DNA from: Psammoneis japonica
Lineage: Eukaryota
Assembly: GCA_008632985.1 (NCBI GenBank)
Contig: QPGO01000075.1
Location: forward strand, 2,517 to 66,516
DNA: 64,000 bases
Direction of reading: 5' to 3'
Below are positions 1 through 10,823 of the stretch, in pieces. Under the pieces are notes generated by a model. The model was not told the origin of the DNA, did no database searches, and saw only the letters and a program-made list of their open reading frames with translations. Each line of letters starts with the position of its first letter. Positions within the stretch are counted from its first letter, which is position 1. Both the position numbers and the translations under genes were made by a program.

Positions 1-1413
1 ATGTCAAGGGACAATGGAATGAAAGCTCTTGCCAAAGCGGCTGTTGTGGCTTCCCGAGAAGAGAATGAGGAAATCCGGTTGTCACAGGAGGAGAACAACC
101 ACAATTCCCAGGAAGAAGATGTGGAAGAAGAGGAGGAGGAAATGCCGGAGGAAATGCGGACGTCAGAGGAGGACAAGGAAGCTGTGAATTCTAAGGAAAT
201 AGACAATGATGCTTCTCAGGAGAAGAAAGATGCAGGTTCTTTACCAAAATCATCAAAATCCAAGGAGGGGGACATTCAACACATTCCCACCAAGCTCCGG
301 CGTTTCGTGAATGCAATCAAACATGACGTGTCAAAGCATGTGCGGGACAATGTCCACCGCACTTGTTCCTTGTTTGCCGTGGTCAACCCAAGCACAGAAC
401 CAAAATCACTGACAACACTGGCAAATTCTGGACGCGGGCCGAACAATCGCGGGAAGAAATGCATTTTGTTGCATCACAACCAGAAGGGGTTGTCATCCGA
501 CTTCGGCAAAGAAGCAAGCAAAAAAGCAAGGGCAGCTGTAAAGGATTTTCTTCTTCGTGAATTTAATCAAGAAAACGAAGGCGACATTGTCGACTTGTTG
601 AACAACAAACACACTCACATTTTGGGAATTTGTGCAATGCCAAAAAATCAAGAAAGTGGCAAACTGGCAACTGATCTTGTCACTGCATTGTTGTGTCGGT
701 GCATTGAATTGGTGCCAGCAACAATTGTTGACCATGTTCGAGTCGACAGAGGAGCCAAAGTGCACGACCATGGGTTGTGCCCCTTCCTGATTAGCCTGGC
801 TCAATCTGTCGGCTGCACGGTTGTTGGCACTTGGGACACAATGCTGCATTGTCAAGTCAAGCTCAAACAATGCCACTGTGAAAGTTTGGGTTTCGAGGAC
901 ATCACAGAGGAAATGAATGAGGAGCCCTCTTGGGAAAGAGTGAGACACCATTGGAATTGGAGTGCTTTGATCAAAGAGGACGGAGATGACACTGGGGCAC
1001 TGATGGTGAAACGCAGAGTCACCACACGTTGTGCAAAAATTGCGTTGCCCATCTCTCACACAGAGGATGATTTCCAATGCAATGTAAAACATTGGCGAGA
1101 TCGTGTTGGGTTCTGGAGCAGCAAGAAGAGACCCGCCGATCAATGCCAAGATTTGGTGGATCAAGAGAAAGACCTCATCTACAAATCGTCAGTGGTGATG
1201 GTTGGCAATGCGACACTGGATTCTTTTAAAGATTCCTGGCAAAAACACATGGATGGACGCCAATGGTTTGACATTGGAAAGTGCATTTACGAATCCTACG
1301 AACATTGCGTGGGTGCAAGTGACGCCAACCAAGTTAAGTCACATTTCGAGACAATGGCTTTGTTTGCCGCAAGCATCAATTTCTCCCCACCAAATGAGCA
1401 AATTGGCAAATGA
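1..1413 (+). pseudogene. Element-borne ORF (possibly 5'-truncated by the window) with an acidic N-terminus and a GNAT acetyltransferase-like segment, TpA-mutated
   Basis: 470-aa ORF. The segment IVDHVRVD...HDHGLCPFLISLAQ...MLHCQ...CHCESLGFE resembles GNAT motifs A/B once C/H are read back as Y (e.g. YYESLGF). Lies in a TpA-depleted domain. Confidence 0.4.
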
Positions 1414-1529
1414 TGAAACATGGAAAAGAGCGGCGTTTCGATCAAGGACTTCCGAGCTGGCTCAAAGAGCGAAATGTGTGAGGGGCAAGTTCAACGCAAC
1501 TGCGGAGTCGGGAACTGACAACCGGAAGC

Positions 1530-3401
1530 ATGTTCTCAACCCCAAGTGTCACCCAACGGAGTCGGAGCGATTCAGATGAAGACATGGAAATGGAAATGCC
1601 TTTGGGTGATGATGGAGCCATGTGTCAACTTCTTGAAAGCATCCATTTGAAGTGCAACACGTGCAACATGCTGTTTCCCATCGATTGCAACCAGGAAGAT
1701 CAAGGTGGACTGTCACCAGCAGCAACTTTGTTTTCAGCGCTTGCGGGACCTCACTGTGATCATGCAATGTGTGTTCCGGGCAAGTGCCCCATTTGCACTG
1801 CACAAAGCAAAAGTGCAGTGTACGAACTGCTGGCTGGTGCTGCACAAGAAGACAGAGAAACTCTGAAGGACCCAGAGAAACGCCAAGTGCGGTTGAACAA
1901 AAAGGATTTCTTTCTGCCACCTTTGCGACACATTGCAATTTGGTGCAAAGAAGCGGAACAACTGCATTGGCACCAGATCAATCGGTTGTTCCGACAACAT
2001 CGTTTTACAGAGCTGGCGAAGGAGGCGATGCTTGACAAAAAATTCTCTGCCAGGGGAAACAAGAGAGAAAAGAAGGAACCAAAACCACAAGAGGGAGATG
2101 GTGACCCAGAGGAAGAGGAGTCCGAATCGGAACCAGAAGATCAAGGTCTCCTTGTGTCACGAAGAAAAGTGTTGTCTGCCAGGGACAAGAAATGTCAAGA
2201 TGTACGTCATGAGGCGAGGATGCACTGTGAGGATGCCAAAGAATTGGAACGGCCACATGGTTTTGAGTGGGTCGATCGGGCCACACGGCCGGATGAAAGT
2301 GAGGTGCCAGGTGATGCTGTTGATTGTGAAGGACCAGTTTTACATGGATGGTTCAAAGATTTCAAGCATGGCAGAACATTTGCTGAAGACTGTTTTGGAG
2401 CGACGAATGACAAGGACATTGGAGGAGGGCCGATGAACCTTGTTCGAGCCGCAATTGAGGAAGCTAAAAAGAAACCTGACACAAGAGTGATTTTCAATGC
2501 CAGACAAAAGAGGCAAATTAGCAAAAGAGCTGATCACGCAACAAACAATGGTCAGGTTCACAAAGTGAGACGGCTGACAGCAAAGGAGCTGACAAAGGAG
2601 GGGCTTGTAGCTGATGATGATTTTGAAGGTCCGGAGGGAACGCCAGCATTCGTGGGGGTTGGCACAAGGAAGAAACCGTGCCATTGCACCATGGAGTGGG
2701 CAAGAGCCAATTTTCAGCAGCGATGTCCCACAGTGTACAAGGCCATGTGTGATTGGGAACCAGGGAAGAAATGTTGCAGACTGCCGGAGGGTCACGTGTT
2801 GGATAAAAGCGGGCTGGAATTTCCCAGCTCGGGACCCCCAGTCAAACATCAACAAGGGGAGAAAGACACGTGCGTGTTTTCGAGCCTGGCCAGTGTCCGA
2901 AATTACATTGGAGATGAAAGGATGGAGCGACACATTGTGAATTACATGGGTCATTCTTGCAGATCAGAGAACACCAGCAACAAATGGTTGGAGTTCGCCA
3001 TTGGCATGTTGTCGGGACAAAAGCAGAAGCTTTGTCCTCCACTGGCTGCATCAATGAAGTGGCACGCATGCAAGAAGTGTCAGAAAATGGCAGCTGGCAA
3101 GAGGGGATTCTTCGATTTGACCACCTGCATTGCCGATGACATCGTTCTTTGTTGGTTGACAAACAATCACTGCACTGCTTTGCATGGTGGTTGGATCTTC
3201 GACTCCAATCATGAACTCGCTCTTCCGGCAAAAGACATTCAGTGGTTGAATTGGTGTTTGGGGAATGACACATTTGAAGCAGATGCACTGGCAGAAGATC
3301 CAAAATCAGCAGTGGAGGAAGCAGTTTTTTTCGAAATGCCGAAGGCTGTCCAAACAAGGTTGCGTAAACGCAAGCGGCAAGACAATGCAGTTGTGGGTTA
3401 A
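1530..3401 (+). pseudogene. Element-borne ORF with an N-terminal Cys/His cluster and a C-terminal papain/C39-like cysteine peptidase domain
   Basis: 623-aa ORF. QQGEKDTCVFSSLAS...NNHCTALHGGWIFDSN gives a Q-C...H-D catalytic-type arrangement. May be the frameshifted continuation of 1..1413. Confidence 0.4.
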
Positions 3402-4743
3402 TTCTTCTTACTTGGCATGGTTGTCGGGGCCAACGATTTCCAGGCATGCAGGCGTTTGCGAGTCACCAATGTTTTGCTGACAAGCCCGGCCTTTTCTGCA
3501 GCACGCAACAGTTGGCACGTTTGCGGCAGTGCACAAGGCTTCCCACCAAGGACATTCATCATGAGCCCCTTAGTTTGAAAACACGTGCCCGCGGGTTGAT
3601 CCGCAAAATGACTGAGCAATTCATGTGTGCCACTCATTTCCTCGTCCGTGTGCGGGTGCACGTTTAACCAACAGCGGCATCCATCAACGATGCATTGGCT
3701 CACAAGAGGCTTCGTCCACTGATTGTGCTTTTGGACTTTCACGTTGTCCAATGGGGTGGCGCAAAGCAAAGGAAGGAAACGATTCTTGGTCGCTGGCATC
3801 AGATCACTTCGTTTCACAGGAGCAAACACAAGCAAGCTGCTGCCCCACACATCTTGCTCTGTCACTTTGAGTTTCTTTAGGACAGTTTGTCGACGCTCGG
3901 CTGTGAGATAAAACTGTGAAGTTGCAGTCTTCCATGTCATGATGATTTGTTTGCAATCCATGCCCGTGGAGGCACCACGATTGGGAAGAGATGATGTCAT
4001 GCTGCAAAACCGATTGCAATGATCGGGTTTTGCTAAAACTGTGCCAGCTTGCAGCCATTTGCCCATGGCAACACAGGCAACAGCATCAACAAAATGCTTG
4101 GGTTTAGTCCGCCTGTCACAATTTCATCAACAACAATCTTAAAGGAATGGTGGTGAGCCAACCGACCGAGAGATTCTAGAAAGTTGTCGCTGAGTGTTGC
4201 GCCATTGTTTGCCAGCATCAATTCTAAAAACAATGCAGTGATTGGCACCTTCTTTACAGCCTGCATCAAACAACGGAGATGAATGTGGTTGAGACAATCG
4301 TTTTCGCACTCACTGAGCTCCGCGGAGCTCAGAGTGCCTGGCATGTGATGCGGCAGCGCAATGGTGTGATTGCGTGTAAAAGAGTTAAACACGTCGTCCG
4401 GATGCATTGCCGCGCTCGGACCATGTTCTGCACTGAACATGCTGGCAGTCCAACAGTGGATGGGCCCATGATCACCGGCCACATAACTTCCACATGCAAT
4501 CAAACATCCGTCGTTGTGCCCTCCTGTCACAGAATCAATTGCAAACAAATTTGCATCGGAGCTGTTTGGCATCACTTTGTACAGCAGCAATTCACCATCA
4601 AAGTGACGAAAAATGACTTCTTCCAACTGCTTGTGGTGGCCGATGTCCATGGAAGAATTCATCAAATCTTCGCCATTGCGTTTTAAGCCACGTGGGCTAA
4701 CGGCAACCAAATTGCACCCCCAATTGTTTGCCATGTCGTCCAT
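3398..4743 (-). pseudogene. Class-III (PLP-dependent) aminotransferase-like gene, frameshifted near 4108
   Basis: ORF 4033..4743 has FLELMLANNG...KIVVDEIVTGG. The other frame continues DAVACVAMGKWL (PLP lysine) into ORF 3398..4066. Confidence 0.6.
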
Positions 4744-5621
4744 GGCGTCGTTTGGGATTGTTCAATGCGCAAAAGAGCAAGATGCAAGATTCAAGAAGAG
4801 TCCCAAAAGATGATTGGATGGAAAAGAGGGGAGGGATCGCAGTTCTGTTGATGGGCTTGCGCAGCGCAGAGGATTTGTGAAAATGAGGTGGAGCAACGCA
4901 TGTGCTCTCAATCACCAAAAGCGCAAAACACGTGCATTCTGCTGCACTGCGCATTTGCAGACAAGCCCTGTGCGCAGGGCCCCACACATGTTCCACACGC
5001 TGAAAGAGCAGCATGCACGCGCGCATGCACTCCCACCCAATCGTGTGATTGCACAATGCATTTCATTCAACAACGTAGATGAAGCGAGCACTTTAAAAAA
5101 GAACACACATGAAAAATCAAACTTCAATTGTGGAAAATCATGCATTCAAAAGTGAACCAATGAGAACCCAATTTTTGTTTAAGGAAAATTTTGTTTCAAA
5201 TGGGAGGAAAGAACAATCTTCTTAACACAACAGGTTGACATGGTTGTCAATGTTCATTTCAGAACAACAATGCTTGATTGAAACAATGAAAAACACAGAA
5301 AAGAACAAAACTGAACACAACTCAAAAACCGTGCAATGAGAACATGCAACCGTGACTTTGCAATTGTGTCAAACAGATTCGGCTCGTCCCGGACCATCCA
5401 CAAGTATAAAAAGCGATTAGAAGTCGAAAACACAATGACGAATTCATTTCATCAGACACAGGTGTCGGTCGTCAGCCTTGATCTTACAAACACATCGAGG
5501 GCAAACACTTCAACAGAGGGAAACACAACCCCGTCAAGGACAGATGTTGCAACAGCGGGGAACACAGGCAGGTGCATTTGAAATCGAAGTGTGCGTTTGG
5601 AAGCTAACATTGTGATCTGAC

Positions 5622-8383
5622 ATGCAGTGGGAAGCTTCCACAACAAATCCAGGGGAAAAAATAACAGCACCCAATCGTCCATTGGATCATCCAAGAGACT
5701 TTTTTCATCCAACAACAGGGGCCAACCCCACAAGACCAGAGGATGCTGCTCTTTTGTGGTCACACCGAAAGGCACGTCCACAACTTGGTGAGGTGGAGAC
5801 GGTGCCGCCCAATGGCAAGAAGATGCTGCAAGAGGTGGCACAAATCCGGTCGTCCCTTCGACAACACATCATGACTCAACACCTGGAGGGCTGTCGGAAA
5901 AATGCAATGGACAAGGAAGTGGCAATGCCATCAACAAACACCAATCCCGTCACAACAGAAGACTTCAAAAACATTCTGGCAAGCATGGACAACACAACCG
6001 AGAATCAGCAGCTCGTGCATCAAGTTTTCCACGCCTTTCATCGCAACAGAGGATGGCTGGCTGCTGCCATTGACAAATGGTTCACCGCAAACAACATGAA
6101 GCTCATGCCGCACGCCACAGACGCTTCCAGCAAACCTCGCAAAATGTGTCGCGATGACAGAGGCGGGTTCACTGTGGTGGCACGCCAAGCCAAATGTCAA
6201 ATAATTAAAACGTTTGTGGAGTTTATGCTGCGGAAAGCAGGCTGGTGTGTGGCAACTACAATGCACAAGAGCAACAAGGAGAATGGAGGTAAAACATGTG
6301 TGGCCGTCCCCGCTGCAACCAATGTGGAAACAACAACCAAAGCAAAGTTTTACATCGTGTCGATGAAACCAGTGGCGGTGAGTTAGTCGCACATTGTTTG
6401 TTTGTCCTTTTGTTGACAATCTTGTTTGGTTGACGACTTCGTTCCCATTTCCGGTCCTTGACAGCAGGAGGAGAACACCGAAGCATCAAAACAAGTTGCT
6501 CAGGGAGCATCCAGCAAAGACATTGACATTGCATCCCTTGTGGACCTTGCAAAAACAGCAAGCATGTTGTCAGAACAAATGGGAGTTCTGCTGTCCAAGG
6601 AAGATTTGCTCCAGTCGATTCGTGGCAGCATGACAGTCACCAGTTCATCCCAAATGGTCAACGAAGAGATTGTGCTTGATCCGCAACATGAGTCCGAAAC
6701 TCAGGTGTCAACACTGACCATGGACACCACACTAAATTGCCCATCTGAACCAACGGCAAAGCGGAAGTTAACCGAGAAGGAGAAGGAGGCAGAGCAAATT
6801 CCTCGTCGGGAGCGCAATGATGAACTAGAACCCCTCACCATGGATTTGGATGTCATCGATGGTTGGAATTCCAATGACGAAGAGTTGGCAGAAATGGCGT
6901 CACAGGTGACTGTGTGATTTGGTGGTCCAATTGCTGTGGTGTTGGATGGCTCTAACCAACTTCCGCTTTGATGCCTTGTTTGGCTTGTCAGACACAGTTG
7001 TCTGGGTCCCCTTGTTGCAGGACGGAACAAGAGCCCGGGAACGCTCCAGCGGCAAGAAAAATGCATTGTGTCATGCGGCTGAATTGCACGTCGCTCACAC
7101 CACTGTTCTTCATGCAAAAGGTTGATGAGATGGACGAGCCAACTGGTGCAAAAGAAAAGGTGAGAGCATTGTCGGTGCTCCAGCTGTCAATTTGGACTGT
7201 TGCTCTAACAGCTCTTTGGCCTCATTGGGTTGCTGGATGCCACACCAAACCATCCCAGATGGTTGAAACACTGGAGCGAGCACAAAAAAAACAAGTGAGT
7301 GAACAGAGTTCTGAGGCAGAGCGCGACACATGGATTGGATCAACCAGTCACACTGCTCCTGCTGTTCTTTATGACCAGGCAAATGAGGTGGTTGACAGTG
7401 GCAACAATGAAAAGGTGAGAGCAATGTCGGTGCTCCAGTTGCAAATGAAACAATTGCTCTGACCACTTTGGGGCGTCATTGCTGGATGCCAGACTCAACC
7501 ATCCCCAGTTGCTGAAATGCCAGAGAGAGCACCAACAGAAGACGGCAAGATCACATTGTCTTGCAGCCAATTGTGCAATTCATCGGACACGTCTCACACA
7601 GCCGTTGTTGTTTGCAATGAGAAAGGTCGAAGAGACAATGGCAAATGGCGCAAATGAAAAGGTGAGAGCATTGTTGGTGCTCCGGATTGCCATTGAGAAG
7701 TTGATCTAATGGCATTCAATGTGTGTCATGATGGCATTTCTTTTGCAGACTCAACCAGCCAACCACTCTAAACCATTGTTAAATCCATTGCAAAACAAAG
7801 CGGTGAGAATGCATGATGAAGTCATGTGGATTGTGCGCAGTGTCTTGGAAACATCACCTCTCATTTTGTTGTTTGTTTGCAACAAAGACAAAGACAGCAA
7901 ATGGCAAACGCACACACAAAACTGCAACACTCGTTGTGGCTCAAGTGGATCAAACAACTGCTTGCAATTCACAGGTGCAGAGCAAACGTCATTGTTGATT
8001 TGGCACGCCTGTTGTTGTGTTGTCTTGTTTGCGCACGCAAACCAATTGTGTTTGTTTGTTTGTGTTTGCAGTGCAAGTGTGAGGAGGCTCACTTGTTCCA
8101 TGCCTTGGTCCATCAAGATGACGGAAAACACTTTGCTCAAGCGTGCTTCAAAACCAACCCACTGTTCCCCACAAAGTGCTGTGGCGAAAAGTGTGATGTT
8201 GTTTTTGGATCAAGCAGTTACAAGATTGGACAAAGAAAGGCAGTTTGGGTTTGCATGAACGCATTGAATGGTTCTTGCAATTGCAGGTTTGCATTGTGTG
8301 TGCAGTGTCATCAAAAGACCATGTCAGCTGCATCCAACAAACGGTGCCGAAGGACAACCCGAAACAACAACAACAAACAATGA
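5622..8383 (+). pseudogene. Multi-exon hypothetical gene of the element, ending in a Cys-rich putative zinc-binding domain
   Basis: ORFs 5622..6386 and 6540..6917 join in frame via a GTGAGT..CAG intron at 6378-6464. Repeated GTGAGAG donor-like sites follow. The 3' part has CCGEKC...CMNALNGSCNCRFALCVQC. Exon structure beyond 6900 is uncertain. Confidence 0.35.
7154..7760 (+). repeat. Three diverged ~250-bp tandem units, each with an intron-like segment
   Basis: GAAAAGGTGAGAGCA(T/A)TGT(C/T)GGTGCTCC at 7154, 7409 and 7656, each followed by a CTAA/CTGA branch-like site and related downstream sequence. Confidence 0.7.
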
Positions 8384-8519
8384 GGCAACGCAACACATGC
8401 GCACGACGCAACACAATGTGCAATTGCTTGGGATTGATTTCACCGGCACAGTCAGGGTTCGGCGGATGTGTTTGTCAACAGAGTCAATCGAAGCACAGCT
8501 TCGCAAATGACAGTTGTTC

Positions 8520-8959
8520 AGAGCATCAGCAAATTTGTTCATAGTTATGATCTGTTTAAATGGAGAGGCTGTCGTCGTCCGTTGTTTATTCAGAGCTTTG
8601 CTCTAGTTAAATGTCCGTTGTTTATTCAGAGCTTTGCTCTAATTAAATGGAGATTCCACGGGCATCCAAACATTATTCAGAGTCGTGCTCTGATTGAATG
8701 GACACAATCACAGCAGCGCTCTGAATGTCAGCACAATGCTCTAATTTACAAATTAATGCTCTGGATACAATGCTCTAAATAAAATTCTATGGCTCCGAAT
8801 AACCAAATTTACTCTGATTGTGCTCTGCGTGGGCGTTATCGCCTTTTAATTAACTCTTATTTGCTCTGAATGTCCCACATTGTGTCGGGATAATTTAAAT
8901 AAAGCGTTGCTCAGAATAAAATATTCGGAGCATAAATGAAGAGAATCTCATCTGCAGTG
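8520..8959. mobile_element. Right terminus of a large DNA transposon (CACTG end, CMC/EnSpm-like) with subterminal short repeats; the element probably spans the window start to 8959
   Basis: Many copies of GCTCTGAAT/ATTCAGAGC-like motifs in both orientations over 8520-8935. Sequence ends ...CTGCAGTG at 8959 (reverse complement CACTGCAG) just before host-type sequence. The left end and any transposase are not in the window. Confidence 0.5.
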
Positions 8960-9069
8960 CAGCGCATCGCAATCTTGATCTGGCAGTCTGGCAATGGTTT
9001 CAAGTTTCAAGACGCTGCGTTCGTAATAAAGAGCAAGAGAAGAAACGCACTGTATGGTACTAAAACAAC

Positions 9070-10557
9070 ATGACGGAGGATGGAAATGAAGCCGGCGTTG
9101 TGATTGAGACGCAAGATCCGCCGCCTGTGGAGTCTGCAACAACAACAAGTGGGGCGAAAGATAATACCGGGGGCAGTTTGCACGGAGGAAAACAAGACGA
9201 CTACCAGAGGGATCCGAATAATAACGCCACGACTCTTGACGTTGTTTCAACATGGTCTGAAGGAACATCCGTTCATGGTATCCCCTATGCGTTAGATCGA
9301 CAGCATTTTCTTCGGTGGAAGCGCCTGCTTTGGTGGATCATTTTGTTGGCCTTCTTTGGTGTCATGTGTTTTCTCGTTTACGAACTAATCAAGGAGTACC
9401 AAAATTATGAGACCGAAACCACCGTGTATTGGAGAGCTCCAGATAGTTTGCCGTTTCCTCATGTGACTGTTTGCAGCTCAAATTTATTCCAACAGTCAAG
9501 GATGGAAACTACTGGTATTCAGTTTCCTCGAAACGATAAAGAGCTTAAACTCATCTCGCAGCCTTTTGAAGCTTTCTTTCGCAATACAATCACCAAATTC
9601 AACGGAATTGTGAGAAACAACACTGATGTATGGAAACCTGTAATAACGCATTTAGGCCTCTGCTGGACCTTCTCTACTGTTAAAAGAGTTTACAGCCCTG
9701 GCCCAGCTGGTGGGTAAGTCATGTCAAGATTTTGAATAACGAGAGCTACCGTTTATTCTGTGGTGATCATTATCACTCACCCACACGATTTCAGACTGGT
9801 GTTTAGTGGCTACCTAGATAATTCAGATTTTTTGACAATCACAGAAGAGCTCGGTGTTTACGTTTTCATCACACAGCCTGGCATCCAGATTGCCGACCAA
9901 ATGCCTTTTGCTGTTGCCAAGCCTGGTGAACTGAGTTGGATCTCCATTAAATCAACTGAGTTCTTTCGAGAACGAGACCACCCGTGGTCCACTTGCAAAT
10001 CCGAGGCTCCAGAGTACACACAGCCTCGATGCCGTGCTCTTTGTAAATTCCAGTATTTAGAACAACAGTGTGGCTGCCGAGGCTTGGGTGACAACCGGAA
10101 AGAAGTCGAATCGCTGCCGTACTGTAACACTGCAGATGAAGAGTGCACCACGCTTGAAAAACAAGACGCTCCTGCATTTCTTGAAAGCTGCGACTGCTTT
10201 CCACCGCCATGTCACGAAACAGTCTACACAACGCGGTCCAACACTTTGAAGTTATCGGCACCGTTTGTTCTACAATTATCGGAGCGGTTGAATGTTTCGC
10301 TGGCAGAGTTTCAGCAGAATGTTGTCCACCTTCGTATCAACTACGACACGATTTGTGAGGAGGTGTCGGAAGAAACCAAGGTGCAGACTCTGGCAGGGCT
10401 GTTTGCAGCCATTGGTGGCCAATTTGGCTTGTGGGCTGGTATTTCGTTCATTAGCATTCTGGAGGTCATTGGAGAACTCTTTTTGTTCCGTTTTATCCCG
10501 CGTCTGTGGGGAGATCACCGTTTGTATGGCATGGGCAGCAAAACAAAGACTGCGTAA
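9070..10557 (+). CDS. DEG/ENaC/ASIC (amiloride-sensitive sodium channel) family protein, 2 exons, ~468 aa
   Basis: Pre-TM1 TSVHG motif, TM1, FPHVTVCSSN, Cys-rich thumb (CRALC..CGC..CDCFPPPC) and TM2 IGGQFGLWAGISFISILE. An intron at 9714-9794 (GTAAGT..TTTCAG) restores the frame. Confidence 0.88.
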
Positions 10558-10823
10558 CCCTGCTGACGAGCGGAAGCAGATTATGTATGTTTTACGCACA
10601 GATTTTCGTACACACCCGATGGAGTTAGATGAGATAGTTCTAAGCTTTTGCTTGGCATAAAGGAGCTAGAGACTATTCTATTAAGGATTCCTTCCCGAAA
10701 CGACTTTTGAGTATGCCATACCTTTCAATCTTTGAGGCTCAAGGCTAGTATCTGACAACCATAGTGGAGCGCATGATACCTACAAGTAATCATAAAGATC
10801 TCTACCAAGTAGGTGATCTCTCT

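Noticed and set aside
8520..8940. Short repeats resembling a CRISPR array
   Set aside because: Irregular spacing, both orientations, ~9-bp core, eukaryotic context and no cas genes; better read as transposon subterminal repeats.
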